Origin: the human T2T-CHM13v2.0 reference genome, Homo sapiens
Direction: 5' to 3' (one strand)
Assembly: GCF_009914755.1 (NCBI RefSeq)
Contig: NC_060930.1
DNA: 64,000 bases
Shown: one piece after another, positions 1 to 14,070 of the stretch
Numbering within the stretch: position 1 is the stretch's first letter
How the letters are laid out: the number at the start of each line of letters is the position of its first letter
Position numbers and translations under genes: made by a program
Notes under the pieces: model-generated
The model's database searches: none
What the model saw: only the letters and a program-made list of their open reading frames with translations
Told to the model about the DNA's origin: nothing

Positions 1-18
1 ACAAAGAACTACTTAAAC

Positions 19-351
19 AAGTAGTCAGCAGATGACAGCCGGTGTGCCAAATCCAGCCCACCACCTGGATTTTTGTTTGTTTGTTTGTTTTATGACTCAA
101 AAGCTAAGAATGGTTTTCACATTTTTAAATAGTTGAAAAAATCAAAAGATGAATATTTCATGATGTGAAAATTACATCTAATTCAAATTTCAGTGTCTAT
201 AAATAAAGTTTTATTGGAACACATCCACACTCGTTTACATATTGTCTATGGCTGCTTTTGCACTACAATGGCGGAGTTGAGTAGGTGTGATCGAGACCAT
301 ATGGGAATATTTACTATCTGGTTCTTTACAGAAAAGGTTTCCCTACTCCTG
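19..351. mobile_element. MER58B-like hAT-Charlie non-autonomous element
   Basis: gccaaatccagcccaccacctg...aataaagttttattggaacac...tttacagaaaaggttt...cctg; flanking acttaaa direct repeat. Confidence 0.8.
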
Positions 352-494
352 ACTTAAATTAAATATAGTGACAAAAAGCATAAAGATTTTGGAGGTTTTT
401 TTTGAGATTAAAAAAAATTCATAAGTTATTGGCGAAGTGCCTGCCATATAGTAATGGCTCAATAAACAGATGTTGCTGTTTATATTCCTTCATT

Positions 495-1080
495 AGATTA
501 TTAATTCAACAAATAGTTATTGAGTGCATACTCTGCCAGATACTGCTCCAAGAACCACAGAATACAGCAATGAACATAATTGGACAAAATTCCTTTGCTC
601 ATTGAATAGACAATAAACAGACAAATAAAAATAAGTAGAGTATATTATTTGGCTGGGAGAAAAAATAAAGGATGAAAGAATAGAGAGTTTGAGGGTAGAG
701 GTTGCAATTTTTAGATACAGTGGCCAGGGAAGACATCACTGGAAAGGTGACATTTGAGTGAAAACCCGAAGGACACAAGGGAGCCCAAGGGGATGCTGTG
801 GGGGTGGTGAGGAGTATTGTTCTGGGCAGGGGAATAATACAAAAGCCTGGAGGCAGAGAGAGCTTAGAGTGTTCGAGGAACACCAAGGAGTTGATGGGCT
901 GGAGTGGCGGGGAACGATGGGGAGAATAACAGGAGATTAAATCAGAAAAGTGCGGGGTAGGGCCTTGAAGAACCATCTAGGGACTCTGGCTTGTACTCTG
1001 AGTGGGAGAGGAAGCAAGTTTTGAGCAGAATAGTGGCATGGCCTGACTCACATTTAATCCAGATCCATCCGACTGCTCCA
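495..1080 (-). mobile_element. L2 3' fragment
   Basis: attcaacaaatagttattgagtgcatactctgccagatactg...ggaaaggtgacatttgag...ttttgagcagaatagtggcatg. Confidence 0.8.
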
Positions 1081-1564
1081 GTGCAAACACCCTGTAGCAC
1101 AGACTGATTAAAATTTTATAAGTTGATTTGCAACATCAATTACAGCTTAATGGTGTTAAATTGGGGGAATATTGCATATTCTCTCCATGGAAATTAATAA
1201 ACCATTTGATGGGTACACAGCACCTTCCTTACATTATTTAAGACAATGTCAGAATGATGAAACTGCTTCTAATTTATGGACAAACAATATGATATCTCAG
1301 AATCCCACAGGGTAGTTCTAACCATTTAATTTCTGCGGATTCTCACAACTGCTTCAGCTTTTCTAACAGAATCTTTGGACTAACATGGCCTCTTTTTTTG
1401 ATACAAATATTTTTGTTTGGACAGTGATTGAGACTGACCTGGACAGACCTAGAGAATGCCTCTTTGCTGTAAGATTGTTCCTCAATCTTTCTTTCATTAC
1501 TACTTCCCTCTACCAAGGAACCTTTGTAGACCTGTTTTTTTTTTCCTAATTTCCACCACAGGAA

Positions 1565-2000
1565 CATTTTTTATTGTGCTAAAATATACATAACATAATA
1601 TTTGTCATTTTAGCTATTTGCAAGTATACTATTTAATGTCCTTAAATGTATTTACAACATTGTGTAACCATCACCAGTATCTATACCCAAAATTTTCTCA
1701 TCATCCCCCCACATAAACTCTGTTCCCGTTAAACAATAACTCCCTATTCTCCACTCCCCCGAGTCCCTGGTAACTGATAGATACCATGCTTTCTGTCTCT
1801 GTGAAATTGCCTATTCTAGGTACCTCATATAAGTGGAATCATATACAATATGTGACCTGTGTCTGGCTTATTTTGCTTAGCATAATGTTTTCAAGGTCCA
1901 TCCATGTTGTAGCATGTATCAACATTTTACTCCTCTTTATGGCTGAGTAATATTCCATTGCATGCATATGCCACATTTGATTGTTTGTTCACCTACTGAT
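1565..2000 (-). mobile_element. L1MB-type 3' end
   Basis: ttgcctattctaggtacctcatataagtggaatcat...tttcaaggtccatccatgttgtagcatg...ggctgagtaatattccattg. Confidence 0.8.
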
Positions 2001-2027
2001 GTGTTTCTATATACATATATGTACATC

Positions 2028-2072
2028 TGTGTGTGTGTATATATGTGTGTGTGTATATGTGTGTGTGTGTGT
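2028..2072. repeat. (TG/TA)n microsatellite
   Basis: Direct reading. Confidence 0.9.
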
Positions 2073-2230
2073 ATCTGTGCTTTCTACATAAAAAGTGCAA
2101 AATTGTTTTACCACCAACCCCAGAATGAATTTTCGCCTGCAAGAAGAGGGGGGATCTCACCCTCATTGATAACGCAGGTTCTCAGGTATAGATCCCCAGG
2201 TTTCCTGCCAAAAATGAGGTACATGTGTAG

Positions 2231-2581
<351 letters not shown>

Positions 2582-3110
2582 TAAACCACTTAGAGTGAAG
2601 CCAAGGATAAGGAAAATGACCTCAGAACACATAAGTATGAAAAGTCATCTTTATTCCCAATGCAATAGAGTTATCTGTATTTTATTTAGTCTTCACAATT
2701 GCCAACAGTTTATAAAGGAATGAACTCAAGAATGTTTGGAAAACAGCTGTAAGCAGTCATGTCAGGACCAAGCCAATGGAGCCGATATTCTAACTAAACT
2801 TTTGAAAGCAGTGGCAATTCATGATGTTACTATTCCCACTGAGTCAAAAATATTTCTGGAACACAAAGAGAATGATTAAGTAAGAATGTAAAATAGGAAA
2901 AAAAATGAAATCAATGTCACATCTGAAGATCAGAGGAGTGGGAAGCTGGTACCTGCTAGGGTATGCATGGTTGTGTCAGCATATGGCATGAGTGTTGGTG
3001 TCTAGTTGGAAGGCCATATGGCAAGGTATCTGGCACAGACTCACCTAGGTCTTATTCTCCTGTGGTTGCCCAATGCCATATTGTCTCATTCTGTAAAGAA
3101 GAGATTTAAA

Positions 3111-3200
3111 AGATTGTTGAACAGTGTTAATAAAGTCAGCCATTTCAAATACATGACCAGATTGTTTAACAGTGTTAATAAAGTCAGCCATTTCAAATAC
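3111..3200. repeat. 42-bp tandem duplication, period 48
   Basis: agattgtt(g/t)aacagtgttaataaagtcagccatttcaaatac at 3111 and 3159. Confidence 0.95.
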
Positions 3201-3204
3201 CCTT

Positions 3205-3500
3205 CAAATATCATCAAAGACAAGTAGAGACTGAGAAACTGCCAGAGTATGAGACTGCGGAGATGTGAAGACTGAAGACCACATGGGGTCCTGGATTGGA
3301 TCCTGGAACAGAGAAAGGACATTCACAGGAATACTGGGAAATTCTGAATAAAGCCTATAATTTAGTACTGTCATATCAATGTTAATTTTTTAATTTTAGT
3401 CAATTGTCCCAGGATTATACAAGATGTTAACATGAGGGGAAGCTGAGTGTGTTGTGCTTCTTCTGTGAGTCTAAAATTATTTCAGAATAAAAAGTAAATG
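3205..3500 (+). mobile_element. L1MC/L1ME 3' end fragment
   Basis: cctggattggatcctggaacagagaaaggacatt...tctaaaattatttcagaataaaaag. Confidence 0.7.
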
Positions 3501-3672
3501 AAAATAAACAGCAACCAAGTTTCCAGTAGCTCCTGAGTATCAGAAGCGAACTTGAGACTGGCAAATGCTGAAGCATGGGGAGAGTGAGGGAGTGTATATT
3601 TGCATCATAGCAGCTTTGATGCCTGCCATAAGAGTGACTCCTGTCCTTGTCTCCTTTCCGATTCTTTTGCAG

Positions 3673-3836
3673 GGTGTGCTGGGTGCATCATGTAACTGGC
3701 ATGTGGGTGTACCCTTTCCTGGAACACATTGGCCCAGGAGCCAGAATCATCTTCTTTGGGTCTACAACCATCTTAATGAACTTCCTGTACCTGCTGGGAG
3801 AAGTTCTGAACAACTATATCTGGGATACACAGAAAA
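3673..3836 (+). CDS. AIG1: AIG1 penultimate coding exon (164 nt): (W)[54 protein letters not shown]
   Basis: Acceptor ttcttttgcag|G at 3672/3673 and donor AAAA|gtaagt at 3836/3837; translation (inside ORF 3647..3934) matches the recognised hydrophobic C-terminal half of AIG1. Confidence 0.96.
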
Positions 3837-4468
3837 GTAAGTATTGTCTGAGGGAACATAAAACAAGAGAATTACTGCCGGCAACAGTCTATGCAGAGAC
3901 TGAGGGAAAATTCCACTGTAGCCTCTTCTTTTAGCCTTCACACAGGATCTCCTATAAAGAGCTCCATTTTTAAAACTACAATATGAATTTAAGAGCTGCT
4001 GACAGTTACCTGAAAGTTTTACTAGTCACTTGGTCTTGTTAGCTAGTAAAACCTCCAAATCTAAAGAGGAAAGAGGCATGTCTATAAAATTTTATAGGGA
4101 AAAATGTAGTGTTAGCAAAAAATATATATTAGGGAAATTTGTCCTCATTAACAACACAATGCTGCCTTAGTTAGCTAAAGGGACCTCAAATTAAATAGAT
4201 ACATTATTAAATGTAACCAATCTCCTTTAAAGTCACCCAGATCTCCACTTTCTATGTGGGTGCAGTCACCTGGGAGAGGTCTTACTACCATTCTGCTAGA
4301 GCTCTATCTAAGCAGTGTGTGATGCTCCGGCCACCTTGACTCACCAGTGGCTGTCACGGAAAGTCTGAAAGTGGCAAAGAGCTACAAGCAGTAAAAGATA
4401 ATATTTCGTGGCTGGAAAAACTCTTTTAACCTGTGATTTGATTTCTCTTTTGTTTCCATTTATGGCAG

Positions 4469-4486
4469 AGCCTCCATCTTGGCAAG
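4469..4486 (+). CDS. AIG1: AIG1 alternative 18-nt micro-exon encoding (K)PPSWQ, GC donor
   Basis: Pyrimidine tract tttctcttttgtttccatttatggcag|, exon AGCCTCCATCTTGGCAAG|gcacgt; phase 1/1; joined to flanking exons it gives ...DTQKKPPSWQDMKIKFMYLGPSS*, which I recall as an AIG1 isoform C-terminus. Confidence 0.8.
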
Positions 4487-5441
4487 GCACGTAATCTTAT
4501 CCAAGCTGTGCAAAACCTGTCCAAAGTGTATGTACAATAACATAAAAATTGAAAGGTGGAAAAAGCGCCAGCACAGACATGTAGTGATTGAGTCCTGCAT
4601 GAAAATACATCCAAAGGCAAGATGGTTTGGAGATTTTAGGAAGCCCTGGCTCTTTCCTCTGACACAATCACAGCATTCTAGACATCCCCAGTAAATGGAC
4701 TCTGTGACACAGACATTGAGCACCCTGCTTTGTGCCAGACACCCTGCCAGGAGCTCAATGGAATCAGACAAATAACGCACAGTGAGTGCATGGTTACTGT
4801 GCATGGTTACTGAATCAGACTTTTGTGTGTGTGGATCCTCTAAGATTGTATGTGTCAGGGTATTAGCCAATGTTAAATGGCGCAGAGGAATTTGAGGGTT
4901 TCTTTTCTCATCAGCTTTTGATTTTAATCAATGTTCTATTAGAAAAAGTATCAACATTTTTAATTCTGTTCAGGCCACAGCTTGGGGAACAAGACACTAA
5001 TCTTTTAATAATGTTCCACCTGTTCAATGGAAATAGTGATCTTTCTCCATTAATTTACAGAAGTATTTAGTTACTTGACAAAAATATTTTGAGAACAAAA
5101 TATAAACCTTTCTCAGCTTCTTGGAAGAAAAACTGTATTTAAACTTAAACGAATGTGTCCAATATATGTTATTCAGGAAGTACTTAAGTACCTGCTTACA
5201 CTTGACTTGATTGATTTGACAGTCATTTGGCCACAGTTCTACTACTTCTATGAGAGGATGACCTGAAAACCACTAGAGAGAAATATCCACTCTACATTAA
5301 TAGAATACTGCTTTTTAGCAGCTTTGAATGAGGAGTTAAAAATGAATAATGAAATTAAGGTTTTTTGAATGATTTGTTTAATTTATGCCATTCTTTTAAG
5401 TAACATAAGATTGACTAACTTTTTTTAAAAATTCATTTTAG

Positions 5442-5482
5442 ATATGAAAATTAAGTTTATGTACCTAGGACCATCTAGTTAG
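5442..5482 (+). CDS. AIG1: AIG1 alternative C-terminal coding exon (D)MKIKFMYLGPSS*
   Basis: Branch-point-like TGACTAAC at 5412-5419, acceptor cattttag|AT, stop TAG 5480-5482, candidate downstream donor CAA|gtaagt at 5510/5511. Confidence 0.82.
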
Positions 5483-5642
5483 TTCCACAAAGACAGATGT
5501 TTTGTGCCAAGTAAGTATCATCCTCATTTACAAGAGGGGTCACAAACTGCTGGCCTCCCCCAACTTCTACCTATCAAGTTCTGTTAGGCCTACATCGTGG
5601 AATTTTTGTTTTTGAATCAGTATTTTAAAATTGGGTGATTTT

Positions 5643-5969
<327 letters not shown>

Positions 5970-6063
5970 TCAGCTTCTTAGGAAATATTTTAAGATCTGG
6001 AACACAGAGCCCACTGTTCTATTCTGGTGACAATGGTTTAGAATAGAGTATCAGTTATCCCTT

Positions 6064-6370
6064 GGCTGGGCACGGTGGCTTACACCTGTAATCTCAGAAC
6101 TTTGGGAGGCTAAGGTGGGCAGATCACTTGAGCCCAGGAGTTCAAGACCAGTCTGGCCAACATTGCAAAACTCCATCTCTACTAAACATACAAAAATGAG
6201 CCGGGCGTACACGCCTGTAATCTCAGCTACTTGGGAGGCTAAGGCACGAGAATCGCTTCAACCTGGAGGCAGAGGTTGCAGTGAGCCAAGATCGTGCCAC
6301 CACACTCCATCCTGAGCCACAGAGTGAAACTCTCAGAAAAAAAAAAAAAAAACAGAAAGAAAAGAAAAAA
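6064..6370 (+). mobile_element. AluS
   Basis: Full Alu; TSD gagtatcagttatcc on both sides. Confidence 0.95.
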
Positions 6371-6864
6371 GAATTGAGTATCAGTTATCCACTTTAGATG
6401 ACTAACTTTCCCTCGTTCTCACCTGGCCACTTTACTCAGTCACATTAGCTGCCTGATTCTGTTAGCTGTTGAGTCAAAAACTACTCACTAAAAGCAGTGT
6501 GTTAGGATGAATTGAGGACATGGGAGTACAGTACTACAATCCTGAGTATTTCACATCAGTTACTATACAATCCCCCAAGAAGAAGGAAGATTGCATTGGA
6601 GCCACCCTCCTTTTTCCATAATGGTTTTTAATAGCTCAACTCTGTCTACTTGGGTAACTTATGTTAGCTACAACTTCAAGATAAAAATCACATTATTGCA
6701 GAATCTTACTGCTGAAAGAGAGATTGGAAATCATCGAAACCGACCCTTTCCTTTCACCAAAAGTAACTGAGGCCCCAAAATCTTAAGTGACCCTCCAGAA
6801 CAGGTGATGGCAGAGCCAGTGCCTTCTAACTGATGTTCAGTCCAGTCTCCAAATTTCCCCTTTG

Positions 6865-7905
6865 TATAAGAATACCAGTTGTATTTGATTAGGGCCCACC
6901 CTGATGACCTCATTTGTAAATACTTATCTCCAAGTAAAGTCACATTCTGACTTTAAAACCACATCCTGGGGGTTAGGATTTCAGCATATGAATTTGGAAG
7001 TGGGGGACAGAGTTCAGCTCATAATACTTCACTCTCTCCCCACCAGAATACATGTCCTTCACCCAATGAAAATATTCCATCCCAACAACCCCAAACGTCT
7101 TTCAGACATCAACTCTCAAGTCCAAAATCTCATCTTAAATATCATAAAATTGGGTATGCGTGACACTCAGGGTATGAGTCATCCTGAAGCAAAATTGTTC
7201 TCTAGCTGTGTGTGAACCTGGGAAACCAGACAAAAAGTTATCTGCTTCCAAAACAGAATGGTGGGACAGGCATAGAATATACATTCCCATTCTGTAAGGG
7301 AGAAGTTGCAGGGGGAAAAAAAAAGAAAGAATCATGGTTCCCAAGCAAGTCTGAAGCTAGCGGGGGAAATTCCATTCCATTTTAAGGCTTGAAAATAATC
7401 CTCTTTGGCTAGATGTTCTGTCCTCAGGGCTCACAGGGGAGGGGATGCATAGCCCTGCCTTCCAGGCACAGGGTCACAGGAGCCCCACCCCCACAGCCCT
7501 GGGCAATAGTTCTACCCTCTACAACCAAGGAGGAGCCAGTCGCTGAACCATCTTTGAAGCCATTGGTCCTTCATTTCATCCTGTCTCTGTCCCTTTCAGT
7601 CCATGCTGTCAATGTTTCTGCTGGTATAAAATTCTCAAAAACCTTATTGGCCTCCCATGCAAGTCATGGGGGTCCAAGCAGTCAGACAAGAGGGCACTCC
7701 GCGGATCTTTTTCAGATAACCACCTCTCTATTTCTGGCATCTACTGTGGAGGTTGATTGGATCCGTGAGTCACGTACCTAATTTCGTTAGCACATGGCTG
7801 TCCAGCCACACCCTTGGCATTCTCTCCCAATCTGAGGTACTGAGAGTTAAGCACTTCGATGTAGCAGTTTGGCGGGGTGGAGCGCGGGGGGGGACACAAT
7901 TCACA
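6865..7905 (-). mobile_element. MLT1 LTR fragments plus MaLR internal sequence
   Basis: gattagggcccaccctgatgacctcattt...ggttaggatttcagcatatgaattt; internal-type gttatctgcttccaaaacagaatggtgggacaggcatag. Confidence 0.75.
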
Positions 7906-10029
7906 GCTGAAATATTTCTTTACTTAAGCTAAGACTTTATCCCAATTTTGGTATATCTGACCAGTCTTACTAAAGCTACATTTTGTAAGACCAGAAATGA
8001 GTCTTTTCAAAACCAAAAGGTTGGTGTGAGGACAGAGAAAGTAGGCAAGCGGGGAGACAGGAGACGTCTATGTGTGCAGAAACCTGCACCTCTTCTCCTC
8101 CAGCTACCCGTGCAGGTCATTTCCCCCCAGGCCCATCCAGGTCTAGCGATGTCCCAGCACTGCCCCCTGGTGGAGCCCTCCACCGGCCTGCAGGAAGGGC
8201 ATGTGACTGACTCCCTCAGCGCCCTGCAGTCTTGTCCCCTCTGGTCCCAAAAGTGTATCCTGCCTTCGCTTTGCGATAGGTTTCTTCCTGCCCTTTGCCT
8301 GGAAATTTTATCTCTGGTTCTTGCAAACATTATTTACAGCTGTCTAATTTTTTCTGTCTACCTCACAGCTGCCAAACTAAAGTAGGTGGGAAGCCATTTT
8401 CCCTCTCTAGGTCAATGAATACCCCCCGTTCTCCACCCGCGCTTTTGAAGATTCCAGCACTGCTGCCAAGTCAACCCATCTGCAGGAGAACGCTTTGGAA
8501 AAAACAGACTTTAAAAAGAAAAGCAAACTGCTCTTAGCCCCTGATAGCTTCTCCACAGGAGAGGGAATATGGACAGAGCTGAGGTTCAAGACACATGTGC
8601 TGTTTGAGCTGAATCTGTGCTGTTTTCTTCTTTCCGTGGTTACCCAACAACGAAGGCGTGTTGTACCTTCTTGCCTTCAAACCTGTTCCTCCTCCCGTCA
8701 GATGTCCTTACTCCTCAATTTGAAGTTTTCCTTCATAGGATTTCTGAGAAGGACTTTGGAAAAAGTGCTCCAGATCTCTGCCAGTTCCTTAGCCATGAAA
8801 ACCAAACATAAAAGATCATCTGGGGACATTCATTCAGAGCACGTTACCCACATTCCACCACCACTACTCTGACAGCACAAAACATATACCAGGAGCTGGG
8901 GTTATGTGGTGGGGGAGTCCTTCCTATTGTAAGCCCTAACATTATGACCCTCTGGGGTTAAATTTTATAATTTTCATATTGTGGAGTCCCATATTTTGTT
9001 CTGCTTTCCACTAGTCCAGGCTTCTGAGGTCTTCTCTGTGTTCATTGCTTATTAATTTTATTCAGCAAAGATTAATTGAGCTCCTGCAATGAGACACACA
9101 CACTATGTTAGGTGCTGGGGAACAAAATAGGGAAGGGCCCTACCCTCAGAAAGCTTGCAATTTATGAAAGAATACTAACAAAACCTGCAAAGTGGTATTT
9201 TAAGTTATTTTGTTTCATTTTTGCTATTGAAACAAAGAAACTGAGAATTTGGTATGATTCAAAAAATGTTTAGGTACAAGAAAAAGAAAAAAGCAAGAAG
9301 CACTTGCCAGATTTAACTATAATTCCTAAAAATGATGAACATTTTCATCTTCAGGAACATGAAACATCATCGACTATTCTCTACAGACAACAGGCAAAGG
9401 TTCTTACTGGTCCAGTACATACAAGTCCTTCAGGAAGAAAAACATGATTCTACCAGGATTGGGTTGAATAGAGAGAGAATTGCAGTTTAAGATTCATGAG
9501 TATGGAAATAAACAGCTCTTATGGCTAATAAACTCTCTATGAACTTTAAAAAGAAAACAAGAAAAAAAAAAGCATGGCTTTTTAAAATCCAAAGTCCTTG
9601 CCTTAGGAAGAGACAGGACTAAAGTAAAAATAAATGAAGTCTGTTTGAAACTCATGAGTTGCACACCTCATGTTGCCAGAAGCTGGTTTAAAAAGCAGTC
9701 TAGCTGGGATTTCCATGCAAACTCAGCAAGTCATGAATCAACTTGAAGCCTTGTCTCCCAGAGGCCATAGGAGCTGGGTGTGTCCCAGAGATGCTGTGTC
9801 CTGATTCTGTGGAAAGGGTGGGGAAGAGAGGTCACTGAGGATGTTTCTGGAGAAAGTTGTGCATGGCTTTCCTTCTTAGCTAGGAGGGAATAGGGGGTGT
9901 GTCAGGAGGGTGAATGGGAGAAGTGAGGGCAGATGAGTGGATGTGTGAGTAGTGTTAGCAAGCCAGATTAAACAAACTGCTTGTGGTTTAATCTGATGCT
10001 CAAATAAAACACTTTGCCTGTATTTCTAG

Positions 10030-10067
10030 GTATGGAAGAAGAGAAAGAAAAGCCTAAATTGGAATGA
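10030..10067 (+). CDS. AIG1: AIG1 terminal coding exon (S)MEEEKEKPKLE*
   Basis: Acceptor ttgcctgtatttctag|GT; phase 1 matches the donor at 3836 (A|GT=Ser); stop TGA 10065-10067. Confidence 0.95.
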
Positions 10068-10700
10068 GATCCAAGTCTAAACGCAAGAGCTAGATTGAGC
10101 CGCCATTGAAGACTCCTTCCCCTCGGGCATTGGCAGTGGGGGAGAAAAGGCTTCAAAGGAACTTGGTGGCATCAGCACCCCCCTCCCCCAATGAGGACAC
10201 CTTTTATATATAAATATGTATAAACATAGAATACAGTTGTTTCCAAAAGAACTCACCCTCACTGTGTGTTAAAGAATTCTTCCCAAAGTCATTACTGATA
10301 ATAACATTTTTTCCTTTTCTAGTTTTAAAACCAGAATTGGACCTTGGATTTTTATTTTGGCAATTGTAACTCCATCTAATCAAGAAAGAATAAAAGTTTA
10401 TTGCACTTCTTTTTGAGAAATATGTTAAAGTCAAAGGGGCATATATAGAGTAAGGCTTTTGTGTATTTAATCCTAAAGGTGGCTGTAATCATGAACCTAG
10501 GCCACCATGGGGACCTGAGAGGGAAGGGGACAGATGTTTCTCATTGCATAATGTCACAGTTGCCTCAAATGAGCACCATTTGTAATAATGATGTCAATTT
10601 CATGAAAAGCCTGAGTGTATTGCATCTCTTGATTTAATCATGTGAAACTTTTCCTAGATGCAAATGCTGACTAATAAAGACAAAGCCACCCTGAACCTGA
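10068..10700 (+). other. AIG1: AIG1 3' UTR with candidate poly(A) signals
   Basis: Non-repetitive sequence after the stop; AATAAA at 10389-10394 and 10673-10678; true 3' end cannot be fixed from sequence and may extend further. Confidence 0.7.
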
Positions 10701-10849
10701 CGTCTGCATTGTGCATCTCAAAATCCTAACAGCATTAGTATCTCCTTTTCATTTTTATTACCTGTTGAAAATGGGTTTACTGAACCTGGTTCTTTCCTAT
10801 AATTTTTGGATTTTAAAAAATGTGAATCTTTTTGATAACTCCAAAACAA

Positions 10850-11152
10850 ATTTTTTTTTTCTTTTTTTCCAGATGGAGTCTCACTCTGTCGCCCAGGCTG
10901 GAGTACAGTGGCGTGATCTCAGCTCACGGCAAGCTCCGCTTCCCGGGTTCATGCCATTCTCCTGCCTTCTCAGCCTCCCGAGTAGCTGGGACTACAGGCG
11001 CCTGCCACACGCCCGGCTTATTTTTTGTATTTTTAGTAGAGACGGGGTTTCACCTTGTTAGCCAGGATGGTCTCGATCTCCTGACCTTGTGATCCACACG
11101 CCTCGGCCTCCCAAAGTGCTGGGATTACAGACATGAACCACCGCGCCCAGCC
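10850..11152 (-). mobile_element. AluY
   Basis: Diagnostic gcaagctccgc..ccgggttcatgccattc and ttagccaggatggtctcgatctcc. Confidence 0.95.
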
Positions 11153-11745
11153 ACAAAATTGTTTTTAAAAAAACTATTTTACAAAATCTTTGACCGTAAT
11201 TATTTTTAAGATGAAAAATATGTTATATAAATTATAAAATGTTACTTAACACAAATATAAGTATTGATTGCCCAATGTTGAGAGAGATCAACAAATGATA
11301 TAAAACCATTCACTCCAAAATTATAATTACATTTTAAAATTAAAAAATGAAAAGCATTAAACTTTTTAATTTGAAAAAAATTTAAACTCAAAAAGTTAAT
11401 TTAAAATTAGTTACATTTAAATGTAATTAAATGCTAAAAATCTCTCTTCCTTCCGTCTCTCTGTCTCTCTCTTTCTCCCACACACATTCACTCTATATGC
11501 CCCCCATTTCTGAAAGCAAAATTGATAGAAATATAGAATGCATCTAGCAGCATTACCATATTAGTTTCCTAACTCATGGAGCTGGGACTTTTAAGTAGGA
11601 AAGTCAAGCAGAAATCCACCAAAACAGAAAAGCACAGCAATACCACATCCTTGGAATGACTGCTGCAGTTAGTACAGGATCAAAGACTTGAAGGATCCAG
11701 AGTTGGTTTCCATCACAACTACATGTATCTTACCTGTCTGACCTC

Positions 11746-12165
11746 TATTATGGGTTACATTGTGGCACTGTGTCCCCCTAAAATTTATATGTTGAACCCG
11801 TAACCCCTAGTGCCTTAGAATATGACTGTTTTTGGAGACAGGGCCTTTAAAGAGGGGATTAAGTTAAAATGAGGCCATTAAAATGGGCCCTAATCCAATC
11901 TGAGTAGTATCTTTGTAAAAAGGGGGAATTAGGACACACAAAGGGACACCAGGAATGTACATACACAGAGGAAAGACCATGTGAGGGCATGGGAAGAAGG
12001 TTGCCAACTGCAAGCCAAGGAGAGAGGACTCAGAGGAACCAAACCTGCTGACACCTTGATCTTGGACTTCTAGCCACCAGAACTTTGAGAAAATAAATTA
12101 ATATTGTTTAAGCCACCAGTCAGTGGACTGACATTTTGCTATGTCAGTAACAGCAAATTAATACG
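11746..12165 (+). mobile_element. MLT1A/B-type solo LTR
   Basis: tgtgtccccctaaaatttatatgttgaa...gggccctaatccaatc...aaacctgctgacaccttgatcttggacttc...aattaatac. Confidence 0.85.
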
Positions 12166-12286
12166 AACTGTGTACAAACGATGGATGAATTTTGGAGGAT
12201 GATAAATTATTGTAAGCTTACTTAGGCGGTGGCTCCACTGATAGCAGTGTTTCCAGAAGTCTTTTTGCTGGAGTAAAACAATATAA

Positions 12287-12613
<327 letters not shown>

Positions 12614-12625
12614 TAAAATTTTCTT

Positions 12626-14007
12626 GTAGTGGGAAAATGGGGTGGCGAGGCTGGGCGCAGAGAGGCTGGGGCTGCGGCTCAGCGTGGGCTCCCCTGGTGC
12701 GCAGCAGCAGCTGCGAGGAGCTCACTGCGGTTCTAGCCCCGCCGCAGCTGCTTAGACGCAGGTTTAACTTCTTTATTCAGAAAAAAATGTGGTTCAGAAA
12801 AGAACCCAGTAAGGTTGAACCTCGAAGATCAGACACGGCAACAAGTGGTGAAGCATACAAGAGAAGTGCTTTGATTCCTCTGGTGGAAGAAACAGTCTTT
12901 TATCTTTCTCCCTATCCTATAAGGACTCTCATAAAACCTTTATTTTTTTACTGTTGGGTTTACAGGCTGTGCATTTGGATCAGCTGCTATTTGGCAATAC
13001 GAATCACTGAAATCCAGGGGTCCAGAGTTATTTTGATGGCATAAAAGCTGATTGGTTGGATAGCATAAGACCACAAAAAGAAGGAGACTTCAGAAAGGAG
13101 ATTAACAAGCGGTGGAATAACCTAAGTGATGGCCAGCGGACTCAGGTATCATAGCTGCAAACGTCCTTGTATTCTGTTTGTGGAGAGTACCTTCTCTGCA
13201 GTGGACAGTGATCTGATATTTCAAATCTAATCCAGCCTCAAAAGTCCGTTGTTCTCCAATGTTGCTGTCAACATTCAATCATTTCTCCTTATTTCACATG
13301 GCAGCAAATATGTATGTTTTGTGGAGCTTCTCCTTCAGTATAGTGAACATTCTGGGTCAAGAGCAGTTCATGGCAGTGTACCTATCTGCAGGTGTTATTT
13401 CCAATTTTGTCAGTTATGTGTGTAAAGTTGCCACACGAAGATATGGACCATCACTTGGTGCATCTCGCGCCATCATGATGATCCTCGCAGCTGTCCGCAC
13501 TAAGATCCCAGAAGGGAGGCTTGCCATTATTTACTTCCAATGTTCACATTCACAGCAGGAAATGCCCTACAATCCATTAACGCCACGGATATGGCAGGAA
13601 TGATCCTGGGACGGAAATTTTTTGATTATGCAGCACATCTTGGGGGAGCTCTCTTTGGAATATGGTATGTTACTTACCCTCATGAACTGATTTGGAAGAA
13701 CAGGGAGCCTCTAGTGAAAATCTGGCATGAAATGAGGACTAATGCCCCCCCAAACAAGAGGTGGCTCTAAGTAAAACTGGGATTGCACAGTACCGGTGCA
13801 CCTGTCTTGTCCTGCCGGAGAGCCCCAGGAGACATCGGCCCTAGAGTGATCATGGCTACGTTCCCGCCTGGAAGACGCCAGCATCTGGCCTCCCACTGTT
13901 TTCAGCTGTGTCCCCGGGTCCGTGTCTTTTCAGAAAGTGAAAATGACATAGTTGTGACGTAAAGGTTTACATCTAGTTCGTAAAAAATAAAAAAATAAAA
14001 ATAAAAA
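12626..14007 (+). pseudogene. Processed pseudogene of PARL (presenilin-associated rhomboid-like protease)
   Basis: Intronless PARL-like peptides over three frames (MGWRGWAQRGWGCG..., HFSLFHMAANMYVLWSFS..., AAHLGGALFGIWY...); frameshifts near 12950, 13142 and 13535, in-frame TGA near 13214; GASG motif reads GASR; 3' UTR and degenerate poly(A) tail at 13982-14007. Confidence 0.96.
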
Positions 14008-14070
14008 TACATTCCTTTTACCTTGCAAGGATAGCAGAATGCCCTCACTATATTTTCTCAAGGCTATTTC

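Noticed and set aside
3565-3840. 91-aa ORF overlapping the AIG1 exon
   Set aside because: Wrong frame; the frame of ORF 3647..3934 matches AIG1 and the splice phases
3837-3934. In-frame read-through into the intron (SKYCLREHK...)
   Set aside because: Strong GTAAGT donor; 32 open codons can arise by chance; no sequence-only support for retention
7948-8872. Cluster of 100-145 aa ORFs in the last AIG1 intron
   Set aside because: No recognisable homology or consistent exon structure
12637-13770. Functional PARL paralogue
   Set aside because: Multiple frameshifts, in-frame stop, altered GASG motif, poly(A) tail
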